Origin: Malacoraja senta
Lineage: Eukaryota
Reading direction: 5' to 3'
Assembly: GCA_038087875.1 (NCBI GenBank)
Contig: CM075994.1
Location: 1,116,001 to 1,180,000, forward strand
DNA: 64,000 nt
The notes beneath the pieces were generated by a model. It saw nothing but the letters and a program-made list of their open reading frames with translations. It did not search any database and had not been told where the DNA came from. This document shows, piece after piece, positions 10,722 to 21,989 of the stretch. Position 1 is the stretch's first letter; each line of letters begins with the position of its first letter. The position numbers and the translations under genes were made by a program.

Positions 10722-10933
10722 TGTGGCGGTCCCTGGGGGGTAAGCCACTCCTTGGATTATCCCCCTCGCCGAGTGAAGGACAGTGGACTGGTCTGCCACG
10801 GGGTTTCCAGTCGACCCTGGATTTAGTGCTCTCGAGGTGTGTGTGTGGGGTGCTCTCGTGGTAAAACATTAAAGTCTGCTAATTGAACCCGTCTGGCGTC
10901 TGGCCTTTTACTGACATCGTTCAGGCCGCTACA
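10722..10933 (+). repeat. Gypsy 3' LTR (212 bp)
   Basis: TGTGGCGG...GCTACA preceded by a polypurine G-run. Confidence 0.95.
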
Positions 10934-11509
10934 CGTTTGTATAAGATCTCATCTCATCCTTCTAAATTCCAGTGAATACAAGCCCAGTCAATCCATTCTT
11001 TCATATTATGTCAGTCCCGCCATCCCAGGAATTAACCTGGTGAACCTACGCTGCACTCCCTCAATAGCTAGAATGTCCTTCCTCAAATTTGGAGACCAAA
11101 ACTCCACAAGTGGTCTCACCAGGGACCTGTACAACTGCAGTTGGACCTCCTGTCTCCTATACTCAGATCCTCTCGCTATGGCCAACATGCCATTTGCTTT
11201 CTTCACTGCCTGCTGTACCTGCATGCTTACGTTCAGTGACTGATGTACAAGGACACCCAGATTTGTTGCATCTCTCGTATTCCTAATTAGATACCATTCA
11301 GCTAATTATCTGCCTTCTTGTTCTTGCCACCAAAGTAGATAACCTCACATTTATCCACATTGTACTGCATCTCCCATGTATCTGCCCACTCACCCAATCT
11401 ATCCAAGTCACCTTGCAGCCTCATAGCATCCTCTTCGCAGCTCACACTGTCACCCAGCTTTGTGTCATCCGCAAACGTGGAGATGTTACATTTAGCTCCT
11501 TCATCTAAA

Positions 11510-12048
11510 TGAAATGAGTGAAGTCTATGGGTGCGGCATGGGTGCAGGAGGTAGCACCGATGCAGTCATCAATGTAACGGAGATAGAGTTCGGCTGATTG
11601 GGCCAGTGTACGCCTGGAACAGGGATTGTTGAACTTACCCTACGAAGAGGCCTGCATAGCTGGGGCCCATGCGAGTGCCGATAGCTACGTCTTTGATTTT
11701 GAGGGAATGGGAATAGTCGAATGAGTTATCAAGGGTGAGGACCAGCTCCGCTAGGCGGAGGATAGTGATAGTAGAGGGAAATTGTGTGGTTCTGCGGTCG
11801 AGGAAGAAACGGTGTGTGTTCAAGCCGTCTTGTTGGGGGATGGAGGTGGAGTGACTGAACTTCCATAATAAAGATGAGGGATTGGCGTGCGAGGTATATT
11901 GGACATAGGCCGGGAGAGATTGGACCACGGGGGATCGGATGGAATCTAGGTACGTGGAAATTATTTCAGTGAGACAGGAGTAGGCAGAAACAGTGGGTCT
12001 GCCAGGGCAGTTGTGTTTATGGATTTTGTGGCGGAGGTAAAACCGGAC
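11510..12048 (-). mobile_element. Penelope RT fragment, proximal piece
   Basis: Minus-strand KIHKHNCPGRPTVS, LRLAELVLTL, VAIGTRMGPSYAGLFVG and LYLRYIDD. Paralogue at 59700-60243. Confidence 0.85.
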
Positions 12049-12164
12049 CTATTGTTGCAGGTTCGGTCAGTACTAAGAACTTGCTCAGAAATGTAAGTGC
12101 AGTGTCAGCTTTCATTTGGGGAGCTAGAATAAAAAAGCAAGCATGTAATGCTGAGGCTTTATAA

Positions 12165-15123
12165 CAGTGCTCTTCAACCTGAGCTGTACCGCCCACTAAT
12201 GGGCCATTTAAGCTTCCAGGTGGGCGGCAGAATAATTACATGCGTTAAAAACATCCAAAATATACAAACTTAAATCTGTGAGAGAATGTATGTGAAAACA
12301 AAAAGTTACTAACATTTTAGAGAAAAGTATTTGAATTATGTATTTAAATTGTTTATGCTGCATTAATTTTTAACCATGTAACCATTAACTATTGTAATGT
12401 TTAATCGTCATCAAACCCCCCGGGAGCCGGAGCGGAGCCAGGCTGGAGCCAGCGCCGAGCCCCCTCCGTGCCGGCTGCGAGCCCGGCCCGACACCTCAGG
12501 CCGCGGCCGGACGGGAACGGCCCAGCGGCGGATCGGTGGCGCCGGAGACCCACGCCCACTCCGGGGCTGTCGGTTGGTCCGGGAGGGCGGCGCTGCTTCT
12601 GCGCGCTGGCTGTGGTCCAACCGACAGCCACCAGAGCGAGAGGACATCGGAACTCTCCTGCAGACACCCGTCCAATAAAAGCCCCTCTCCCGTTCCCCAA
12701 TCCCTATCTCCTCTCTCCTCCCATCTATCCCGTTGACCTCCGCTCGTTTGCGCGGATCGCTCTTCAGTGATTCCCGTCGTTGCACCGACTGTGGCCGGAG
12801 CTCCGGGTCTGTGGGGATTCGCACCTGCCCTCCCCTGTCGCTGCATTGGAGCCGAGGGGGGCAAACGACAGCCATGGAAAAGGCGAGAGGCGCAGCGGGC
12901 GGTCACCGGCCAGCGGAGGTCGCTCTGGACCTGTGAAGATGCCGAAGGCTTCGGGTCCCACTCATTGTGCGGGAGGGCAGGTGCGGAATACCGAACTCGC
13001 TTATACGGGTATTGAACATACATAAAACAAGATTGTGGCAACACGTTTTCATTCAACGCGCCACGATATTGATTCACTAGTGCACACAGCCTCTGTGACT
13101 CAGTCGAAACGTATATTGCTGGTGCGTGGTGTTGCCATTGATGAGATTTCTGATTTGTTTGCATTATTATTGTTGGCGGTGACTTTGAATAATTTGTGTA
13201 ACAAATATTAAAACCATGTCTCATAAAAATGAAATATGCTCGTGGCTATTTACCAGAGTATCTGAAGATTTGTTTAATCGAATCTATTACAAACAAACAG
13301 CTTCCAATGTGTTTACTGTGCCGCAAGACATTTTCTAACGAAGCAATGAAACCAAGTCGATTGTGAGAACATCTTGCTACAAAGCATCCAAAAGATAAAG
13401 ATAAGCCTATTGAATATTTCCAAGAACAGTATGAAAGATTTCAAAATAGTTCTAGAATAACTGCATCATTCAAGAAACAAAATGCAAAGAACGAAGATGG
13501 ATTAACTGCAGCTTATCATGTATCACAATTACTTGCAAAAAGTGGTAAAATCCATAACATTGGAGAAACTTTGATAATACCCTCAATCAAAGAATTTATC
13601 TCAACAGTAGTGCATCAGGATATAACTGAAGTTATAAAAACATTGCCCCTTGGTGATACCACAGTAAAAAGGCGACGCATTGATGAAATGGCGGTTAATG
13701 TTAAAATAAACATAGATATTCTCCAAAATTCATCATTTTCCATGCAGTTGGACGAGTCTACCATTGCAGATAATAATGCTTTATTGATGGCATATGTACG
13801 TCATTTGATGAAAACAGTACTTTGCATGAATAAATGTTATTCACTTTAAAACTTATTACAGATACAAAAGGATTATCAATATTTACTGCTGTGAAATCGT
13901 ACTTTGCAAAAAATAATGTGCCCTATATCAATATTGTTGCATGCGCGACTGATGGAGCACCATCAATGATAGGTCACCATTGTAGTTTTGTTGCTTATTT
14001 GAAGGAGGAAGTGCCAATGTGTATTCATTGTGTGGTACACAGGCAACATCCTGTAGGAAAACATTTGAGTACAAGCCTTCATTCATAATTAAGTATAATA
14101 ATTAGGGCTATAAATAAGATCAAATCGAATGCCGAAAATGATAGAATGTTTCGACGGCTGTGCCAGGACAATAATAAGCAATTTATTAGGTTACCGTTAC
14201 ACACAGAGGTTTGTTGGCTCTCAAAGGGTGCATGCTTGACTCGTTTTGTTGAATTATATGAGAGTGTCATACAGTTTTTTGAAAGTGAAAATAAGGCTGG
14301 TCTCTGTCAACAATTAAAAACAATAAAGCATCATGCATTTTATTTGGCAGGCATTTTAAAGAAATGTTATGAACCTAATTTTCAGCTTCAAGGAGCCAAC
14401 ATAACACTTATCAGTTGCAAAAATGTTGTGTCATTATTTATCGAAAAACTTGATCTTTTCCGTCATAATCTTTTGAAGAGGGAATTTTATGTTTCCGGAA
14501 TTGTCATCAATAAAAGATCATGTGACTCCAGAGGAGATTGAATATTTCAGTGGTCACCTCAATGAACTTAAATTGGATATGGAAAAATGATTTAGTGATA
14601 GTTTGAACTTGAAGGTGTATGACTGGACGGTGAATCCTTTTACTACAAATACTGTTGAGGCTGATATAACATGCCAAGAAGAACTATTAGAACTTAAGTA
14701 TGATGAAGAGAGCAAATCAAATTTCAATAGTGGATACCAAAAATTAAAAAAAATGGCTGCCTTATATCCAAATATGTGGAAAATGACATTAATTTATTGT
14801 TACCATTCCCTGCCTCATATCTAGTGGAATCAGGCTTTAGTGTTGTGAGTCATATTGTCACCAAACAGAGAAACTCTGAAAATCACTGAAAGAGGAGACC
14901 TTCACTTCGTTCCTTACGAAAATCGAACCAGATATCCAAAATTTAGTTTCTCAGCATCAGGCTCAAGGATCTCATTAAATTAAAGGTAATTTCAATTAAT
15001 GTTATTGATTCATGCAGGGTATGTAACTTAAAAAAAATTAAATATTAGTGGGCGGTATGGAAATGTATCCCTCACGAAAGTTACAAAAGTTGGCGCTAAG
15101 TATTAAAAGGTTGAAGAGCACTG
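12165..15123 (+). mobile_element. Full-length hAT DNA transposon (Buster/Charlie, ZBED5/SCAND3-like), inserted in a CR1 remnant
   Basis: Perfect 16-bp TIRs CAGTGCTCTTCAACCT (12165-12180) and AGGTTGAAGAGCACTG (15108-15123). 8-bp TSD CTTTATAA/CTTTAAAA with central TA. Flanks rejoin as CR1 sequence. Confidence 0.92.
13216..14978 (+). pseudogene. hAT transposase pseudogene
   Basis: BED-like PMCLLC..FSNEAMKPSRL*EHL.TKH, FSMQLDESTI, ACATDGAPSM, IHCVVHRQH, LHTEVCWLSKG, YLVESGFSVV and terminal HQAQGSH*. Several stops and frameshifts. Confidence 0.9.
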
Positions 15124-15522
15124 CTTTAAAAGGGGCTCATCAGACCACATTTAGAATATTGTGAGCAGTTTGGGATACATATCACAGGAAGGATATACTA
15201 GCATTGGAAAGCGTCCAGATGTGATTACGAGAATAATCCTGGTGATGATTGGGTGAACCGTGCGAAGTGTTTTATGGCTATGGGCCTGTATCAATGGAGA
15301 TTAGAAGTTGAGGAAGGTTCTTAAAGAAACCTACTATATCTTATAATGACAGAGTGGACGTGGAGAGGATGTTTCTAGTAGTTGGAGAGTCTGGGGCCTG
15401 AGGGCAACAAAGTAAAAGGATGTTTAAGAAGGAACTGCAGATGCTGCAAAATCGAAGGTAGACGAAAGTGCTGGAGAAACTCAGCGAGTGCAGCAGTATC
15501 TATGGAGCGAAGGAAATAGGCA

Positions 15523-15675
15523 NNNNNNNNNNNNNNNNNNNNNNNNNNNNNNNNNNNNNNNNNNNNNNNNNNNNNNNNNNNNNNNNNNNNNNNNNNNNNN
15601 NNNNNNNNNNNNNNNNNNNNNNNNNNNNNNNNNNNNNNNNNNNNNNNNNNNNNNNNNNNNNNNNNNNNNNNNNNN
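15523..15675. other. Assembly gap (153 N)
   Basis: Run of N. Confidence 1.
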
Positions 15676-16208
15676 CTCTGAAGTTGAGACGGATTCAAAC
15701 AGCTTTTCAAGGACGTTTTCGATGGGGAAGGAACAGAGGCAGAGGGGCTTCATGGTCTAACTTATTGTTGGACTGGTGAAACTTTTCTCTGCTCTAGGAA
15801 TTCTCCACAAGTGCGGACATTCCGGAGATATTTTTTCCATTGTCGAGGGTGCGGTTGTCGTTGGCGGACTGCCAATAGTGGATGGTGTTAGAGGGAAAGG
15901 AAAAAAAGGCATTTTGCTCCGGCGGATGTCGGGTTTAATGTGAAGATGGTACTGTTGAGTCCGGAAAGAATGGGATAGAGCTTCCCAAAAGCTGCTGTCG
16001 GCTGTGGACGTCTTTGGGGATTTTCTGGCTGTAGCTGGAGGCTTCAGAGTTCTGCTACTTGTTGACTGTGACTGTTTGCAGGAGTTAACGTGGAGCTGAG
16101 CTGCTGGGGCGATTAGAGCTGGTTGTGCCTCTGTCATGATGGCCATGGCTGGGGCGAGGCCGAAGAACCGGAGCTACGCCCCAGCCATGGCAGAAGACCG
16201 AGGAGGGT

Positions 16209-18227
16209 GTGAAAATGGCGTTGGAGAAGGGGATATCAGTGGGGGGGATCCAATTACAGGTGGATCCGTGGTTATCTAGGGTGAGACCGGTTCTCCTGCG
16301 GAGTTGCCCCACATTTATTTCGGATGCTGCACTTATGCCACACCTGTCTACGATTGGGGAGGTGAGGTCTAAGTGCTTTAGGCTCAGGCACCTCGGGGGG
16401 GACCCGGAGGAAAGAGCGGTCTTGAGTTTTAAGAGGAGGGTGTTCATGAAGGTGGGTGAGGGCGAAGGCGAGGAGGGGAGCTTTGAGGTGGATTGTCAGG
16501 GTCTCTATAGAACCGTGTATTGGAGTTGGGGGAAGGCACGGTGTCATGAGTGTGGAGCATATGGACATTTCCGTAACGAGTGTCTTTCTCGCAGGGGCAT
16601 TGCTAGAAGTTCTAGCGTAGTGGCCCTGGATTGCAATGCTGGCCCATCCGGGGTGGTACATCATGCCTCGGTGGCGCGGGGCGGCACTGCTGACCTGGCT
16701 AGGGCGGCTAGCTCTACCTCGGGGATCCGGGGCGGAAGTGATAGGCCATCTGGGTCTGAAAGTTCTGCCTTGGGGACCCGGGGCGGGGAAGGCCTCAGGC
16801 CCCTGCGTCCTGAGACTGTGGAGGTGGTGGTGGATAATGGTGAGGGGGAGGGAGAGGGTGGAGAGGGGGAGGAAAAAGATGGGGGGGGGGAGTGGGAGGT
16901 GAAGAAGTCGAGGAGGAAGAGGGCAAAGGGCCATCCAGCGAGTAAAACGCAATCTGAGAACGGGGTGCATGTCAGATCTAGTGAGGTCCAGAGTGTGCTT
17001 GATGTGGCCCAGCAAGGCGATGAGGTCACTCAGACGGGGGGAGGGATGGTAAAGTGTGCGGGTGGTATAGTGGATGGGGGTAGTGAGGGGGTGGAAGACC
17101 CTTCCTTTATGGAGGTCACCGTACCGCCGCATGCTAGTGGGGTAAAAAGGAATAGGCCTGGCGAGGAAGAGGAAGGGCGTGAGGCGAAAGATAGGTCAGG
17201 TGAGGGGGTTGATTCCGCTGGAGATGTGTCCTCTGGGCGGGTGGCTGTCCCTTCATTTCAGGGGCCCTCTGAGGGAGTTATCTCATCGGGTGGTGAGGTG
17301 AGCTCCCCTGGGGATGTGTCCTCTGGGTAGGAGGAGGTCCCCTCGTTTCAGAGGCCTCTTGAGGGTGATGGAACGCCAGAGGATGGGGTATGTGCCCCTG
17401 GTAGGGGGGCCCCTGAGATGGGGGATGAGCAGAGTCGGCCTGAGGGGGGTGGTTCGGGGGCTGTGGTGTTCCAGTCTATGCTGCACATCAGTGCCAGTGG
17501 TGGTAATGGGGGGTGTGCTGCATCGCCGGATGAGGTGGAAGGGGAGAGGCTAAAAGAAAGAGGAGAGCCTCTGGGTGTTGCTAGTGGTGGGGATGCTATA
17601 GGTGGTGTGGAGGTCGGGGATAGTTCGGGAGGTGAGTTCCCTTTAGGTTGAAGGGGTGGCAGTGTATCCCAGGCCCGGGGGGTGCCCAGTGTTTTTGTTT
17701 CCCCAGGCCAGGGAGTGGTGGGTGATGGTAGCGAGCAGGTGCCAATCCAGTTAGGGGGATGCTTGTTGCAGTTGGGGGTTTCGGGGCCCTTACCTGGCAT
17801 TGATCCTGGGGGTGGTGGCTTGCTGGAGGAGCGGGAGGGTGAACAGGAAAGTTTGGGTAGTGGGGGTGGAGAGCTTTTGGAGAGCTCTGGGCGTTCAATT
17901 ACTGAGGGAGACCTTGAACGTTGTGTTGTGGAGCCTGATGGTGCAGGTGCAAGTGCGTTGGCCGAGTGCCCAGGGTCCAAGGCCGAGTCTCTTGAATGTG
18001 AGATAAAGGAGGTTCGAGACTTTTTCAGAACAAACCGCTCCGTAAGAACAAGAGTGGAGGCTGCTAGTAGGTGGTGGAAGGATCTGCCAGGATTGATTCC
18101 GATTCTCGAGGATATTCTTGGCAGCAGGGAGAGTGCTCTTACTGACTTAGAGGAGGGGCAGTTTGGGGACTTTTTGGTGTTACTTAGAGAGAAATTTGTT
18201 GTGTCTACGGGGAGTGATGGGGTTTAA
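16209..18227 (+). pseudogene. Tx1 ORF1 (RRM-like region, zinc knuckle CHECGAYGHFRNEC, long low-complexity tail) with two in-frame stops
   Basis: ORFs 16209-17330, 17418-17651 and 17682-18227 are all in one frame, separated by TAG and TGA. Confidence 0.75.
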
Positions 18228-18238
18228 TATAGTGGGCC

Positions 18239-20998
18239 TTTACATTCACCGTTGCAACATTAAACTTAAACGGGAGTAGAGCGAGTTTTCGTAGATTTCA
18301 GCTTTTATCAGTCCTTAAAGAGGGGAGATTTGCAGTGTGTTTTCTGCAGGAGACGCACACAGTTGTTAGTGATGAACTTACATGGAGACTGGAGTGGGAA
18401 GGGGGGGTTTACATGAGCCATCTCAGCTCGAATTCGAGTGGGGTGGCCTTTCTGTTGGCCCAGAATTTCCTGCCAACGATTTTAAAAGTGAATGAAGTTG
18501 TGCCTGGACGTTTGCTCCATCTGGCAGTGAGCTTGGATGGCATACCGTTGCATTTCATTAACGTGTATGCCCCTAGCTCCGGTACGATGCAGGCCGGCCT
18601 AATTCAGGAGGTGACTGCTCTGTTGAGCACTATTGATAGGGGAGAGTGTGTTTTCCTTGGTGGGGACTTTAATTGCACACTTGAGGCGCGAGATCGTTCT
18701 GGTACTCAGTGTGCCCCTGCTGTAGCGAAGAAGTTGAGAGGGATGATTGAATCCTTTGAGTTGGTTGATGCATGGCGGAACCTCCACCCGGATTCCAATG
18801 CTTTTTCGCGGAGGTATGAGGGTGGTGGTTCCCGTATTGACAGAATATATATTTCCCGAGCGTTTGTTGCCCGTGTCTCAGAGGCTTCAATGCGGGTGGT
18901 GCCATGTTCGGATCACTGTTTGGTGCGTGTGGACTTCAATCCGGCGCGCGCTAGGGCTGGGTCCGCGTACTGGCACTTTAACAACCGGTTGCTGGAGGAT
19001 AGGTGTTTCCGGGAGTCATTCAGTAGGTTTTGGGGGAAGTGGAGAGAGGGGCGGAGGGGCTTCTCTTCCCTTAGGCAGTGGTGGGATGTGGGGAAGGCTC
19101 ACATTCGTCTATTTTGTAAGGAGTATACGTGGGGGTCGACCGGACGGCGGGACTCAGCGGTCGCGAGGCTTGAGAGGGAGCTACGGGGTGCAGAGTCTCG
19201 CCTGGGTCGGGATGGTGAAGACTCCTGTGGATGGGGAGAGTTTCAGGAGAAGAAGGAAGCCTTGAGGAATCTGCTGCTTGAGCGGTCCCGAGGTGCTTTC
19301 GTGAGGGCGCGGGTACAGATGATGCAAGATCTGGACCGAGCGTCGCCTTTCTTTTTCTCTTTGGAGAAAGGGAGGGGAGCCTGCAAGCAGCTCGTAGAGC
19401 TGCTCGCAGATGATGGATCCTCAGTCACTGATCCGGAGAGGATCAGTGAGGAGGTCAGGTCCTTTTATGGGTCCCTGTTCTCCGCAGGGGGATATAACGG
19501 GGAGGCTCAGCAGGACTTGTGGGAGGGTCTACCGACTATTGATAGGGAGGTGGCCGATCTTCTTGATGGCCCCTTATCTTTGGAGGATTTGACTTGTGCA
19601 TTGTTTCAGCTCAGGAAGGGTAAGTCACCCGGGATGGATGGGTTGACGGTGGAGTTTGTCAGAGCTTTCTGGGAGATCCTGGGGGGTGATTACATGTTGG
19701 TGCTGGGGGAGAGTCTGGCGGCCGGGGCGATGCCCCTCTCGTGGCGTAGGGCAGTTGTTGTCTTGCTGCCTAAGAAGGGTGAACTCCGCTTGTTGAAGAA
19801 CTGGAGGCCGGTATCTCTCCTATGTACAGAATATAAAGTATTTGCACGGGCAATGGCAAATCGCCTGGGCCCTGTGCTGTCTCAAATGATTCATCCTGAC
19901 CAGTCCTATACAGTCCCTGGCAGGTCCATTCAGGATAACATCCACCTGGTTAGGGACCTGATTCATATAGTTCAGGGTACTGGTCAGTCAGCTGCTTTTC
20001 TGTCTCTTGATCAGGAGAAGGCTTTTGATAGGGTAGAGCATGATTACCTATTCGGGACGTTGCAAGCGTTTGGATTTGGACCGCATTTTGTGGCCCGGGT
20101 CCGGCTTCTGTACGCTGCAGCGGAGTGCCTGGTGAAGGTTAATGGTGCGTTGTTGGCTCCCTTTCAGTTTGGGAGGGGGGTCCGTCAGGGGTGCCCCATG
20201 TCGGGTCAGTTGTACTCGGTCTGTGTGGAGCCGTTCCTGTGTCTTCTTCGGAGGAGGTTGACAGGCCTGGCCCTACCTGGGCCTGGGTTGGACGTGGTTC
20301 TTTCAGCGTATGCAGATGATGTCGTCCTTATGTTCACTGATCCTGGTGACCAGCGGAGGATGCGTGACTGCCAGGAGATTTTCTCAGCTGCATCTTCTGC
20401 GAGGATTAACTGGAGTAAGTGTTCTGGTCTTTTAGTGGGTCAGTGGCAGGTGGATTCCCTGCCGGAGGAGATGGAAAGGTATGTGTGGAGCACAACCCAT
20501 CTCCTCTATCTGGGGGTTTACCTGAGTCCCACTGAGGATGCTTGGCCGGCGAATTGGCTGGAGTTGGAGACGAAGGTGGTTGCCCGGCTGGGTCGCTGGT
20601 CGGGCTTGCTTGGAGTTCTTTCTTTCCGGGGGAGGGTGATGGTCATAAATCAGCTGGTGGCCTCCATGTTATGGTACCGGCTGGCTACTCTTGTCCCACC
20701 TTCCATATTTGTAAATGCTCTTCAGAAGAAGCTGGTAGATTTCTTCTGGGGAAATAGGAAGCACTGGGTCTCTGCAGCGGTCCTGAGTCTCCCGTTAGAG
20801 GAGGGCGGTCAGTCCTTGGTATGCGTGCGTACCCAGGTGGCGGTTCTCCGTCTCAGGACTCTGCGGAGGTATATGTATGTAGAGAATCCCCCCAGATGGC
20901 ACGCTCTGCCATGGTGTGTGTCGGTGCAGCCAGTGCAGACAGGAAACTTGAATACGCAGCGGGGAGGGACCTGTTATTTTGTATTGTTACTTTATTGA
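18239..20998 (+). CDS. Tx1 ORF2, APE endonuclease plus reverse transcriptase; open frame but no clear ATG and no C-terminal zinc finger
   Basis: TLNLNG, FLQETH, INVYAP, GGDFN, SRIDRIY, SDH; WWDVGK, KSPGMDG, KNWRPVSLL, LDQEKAFD, GVRQGCPMS, YADD. Similarity appears to end near 20910. Confidence 0.85.
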   Translation, partial: FTFTVATLNLNGSRASFRRFQLLSVLKEGRFAVCFLQETHTVVSDELTWRLEWEGGVYMSHLSSNSSGVAFLLAQNFLPTILKVNEVVPGRLLHLAVSLDGIPLHFINVYAPSSGTMQAGLIQEVTALLSTIDRGECVFLGGDFNCTLEARDRSGTQCAPAVAKKLRGMIESFELVDAWRNLHPDSNAFSRRYEGGGSRIDRIYISRAFVARVSEASMRVVPCSDHCLVRVDFNPARARAGSAYWHFNNRLLEDRCFRESFSRFWGKWREGRRGFSSLRQWWDVGKAHIRLFCKEYTWGSTGRRDSAVARLERELRGAESRLGRDGEDSCGWGEFQEKKEALRNLLLERSRGAFVRARVQMMQDLDRASPFFFSLEKGRGACKQLVELLADDGSSVTDPERISEEVRSFYGSLFSAGGYNGEAQQDLWEGLPTIDREVADLLDGPLSLEDLTCALFQLRKGKSPGMDGLTVEFVRAFWEILGGDYMLVLGESLAAGAMPLSWRRAVVVLLPKKGELRLLKNWRPVSLLCTEYKVFARAMANRLGPVLSQMIHPDQSYTVPGRSIQDNIHLVRDLIHIVQGTGQSAAFLSLDQEKAFDRVEHDYLFGTLQAFGFGPHFVARVRLLYAAAECLVKVNGALLAPFQFGRGVRQGCPMSGQLYSVCVEPFLCLLRRRLTGLALPGPGLDVVLSAYADDVVLMFTDPGDQRRMRDCQEIFSAASSARINWSKCSGLLVGQWQVDSLPEEMERYVWSTTHLLYLGVYLSPTEDAWPANWLELETKVVARLGRWSGLLGVLSFRGRVMVINQLVASMLWYRLATLVPPSIFVNALQKKLVDFFWGNRKHWVSAAVLSLPLEEGGQSLVCVRTQVAVLRLRTLRRYMYVENPPRWHALPWCVSVQPVQTGNLNTQRGGTCYFVLLLY

Positions 20999-21989
20999 TA
21001 ATTGATAGTTTTTCTGTGTACTACTTGTGTTTGCTTTAATAAATAGTTATTTGTGCTCTTCGCCATTCATTGATCGGGATCCTAGAATCCTGTATACATT
21101 TTGTTACAGTGCCACGCTGTTACTCGAGCTGTTTGTGTCGATCTTTGGTATAAACCAGCATTGAAGTTCCTTTCTACGCAGAAACAAGCCGTTTGGGCCA
21201 CTAAGTTTGTGCTGAACATGATGCCAAGGTAAACTAATCTCTCCAATATGATCCATACGCTTCTATTCCCTGCATATCCGTTTCTATCCAAAAGCGTCTT
21301 AAAAGCCAATGTGGTATCCGCCTGCACCACCACACCTGGCAGCACATTCCAGGCACCCACCGCCCACTGTTTAAAAACATTCACCCACACATCTGCTTTA
21401 AACTTTGTATTAAAGAATGTTTGAATGCACCTATCTCGTTCTACACTAATATTCACAGGTTTCCAAACAAACGCAACTAGAGTTATATAGTGTGAAAACA
21501 GGCCCCTTGGCCCAACTTGTCCGACCAACATGTCCCATCTACACTAGTCCTACTTGCATGATTTTAGCCCATATCAATTTGCCTGTATATATAGATATGC
21601 ATGTGTATACGGATGGGTATATGCATATGAATGTGTGTATATACACACGCTGTCATTTTTCCGTTTATTACATTGTTTACAGTGCACTATGTTTACATAT
21701 TCTGTTGTGCTGCTGCAAGTAAGAATGTCATTGTTCTATCTGGGAGATGTGATAACAAACCACTCTTGGCTCTTGTCAATCCATGTACCTGTCTAGTTGT
21801 TTCTTAAACGTTGCAATAGTACTTGCCTCAACTACTTCCCCCCGCAGCTCGTCCCATAAACCCACTACCCTCTGTTTGAAAAAGTTCCCCGTCCACCTTA
21901 AAATAATGCCCTCTGGTTCTCGATTCCAATATTCTGGGCAAGAGACCTGGTGCGTCTGCCCGGTCTATTCACCTCATGTTCTAATCAAT

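Larger units (their letters stand above)
6555..10933 (+). mobile_element. Full-length Ty3/Gypsy LTR retrotransposon, CsRn1-like clade, defective ORFs
   Basis: LTRs 6555-6742 and 10722-10933 (TGTGGCG...CGCTACA). 4-bp TSD CGTT at 6551-6554 and 10934-10937. PBS TGGTGACCC at 6744 (tRNA-Trp-like). G-rich PPT before the 3' LTR. Gag with CHCC motif, protease LVDTGA, RT YLDD, RNase H TDHKPL, integrase HHCC and D,D35E region. Confidence 0.95.
6181..11510 (-). mobile_element. CR1 LINE 3' fragment (6181-6554 and 10938-11510), interrupted by the Gypsy element
   Basis: Minus-strand peptides QVQQAVKKANGMLA, WSPNLRKDILAIEGVQRRFTRLIPG and ESRTRGHSLRI. CR1 3' tail GGCTCGAAGGGCCGAATGGCCTACTCC at about 6195-6222. 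Confidence 0.85.
2348..12986 (+). repeat. Segmental duplication copy A (paralogue of 56116-61170); carries a Gypsy insertion absent from copy B
   Basis: Collinear direct match by eye, e.g. GATCAGCATCTTCCATGTCC 2348 vs GATCAGCTTCTTCCATGTCC 56116; 3121-6550 vs 56202-59115; 10938-12986 vs 59116-61170. Roughly 90% identical. Confidence 0.9.
15676..21055 (+). mobile_element. Tx1-clade non-LTR retrotransposon (L1 group); ORF1 disrupted, ORF2 C-terminally truncated
   Basis: ORF1 with CCHC knuckle, ORF2 with APE and RT, T-rich 3' region with AATAAA at 21038-21043. The 5' boundary is uncertain because of the gap. Confidence 0.85.

Noticed and set aside
12397-13224. Many overlapping ORFs in the GC-rich hAT interior (and at 60530-61307)
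   Set aside because: Stop-poor GC-rich DNA with no motifs; the frames are not conserved between the two paralogous copies.
15375-15779. ORFs spanning the N run
   Set aside because: Artefacts of the assembly gap.
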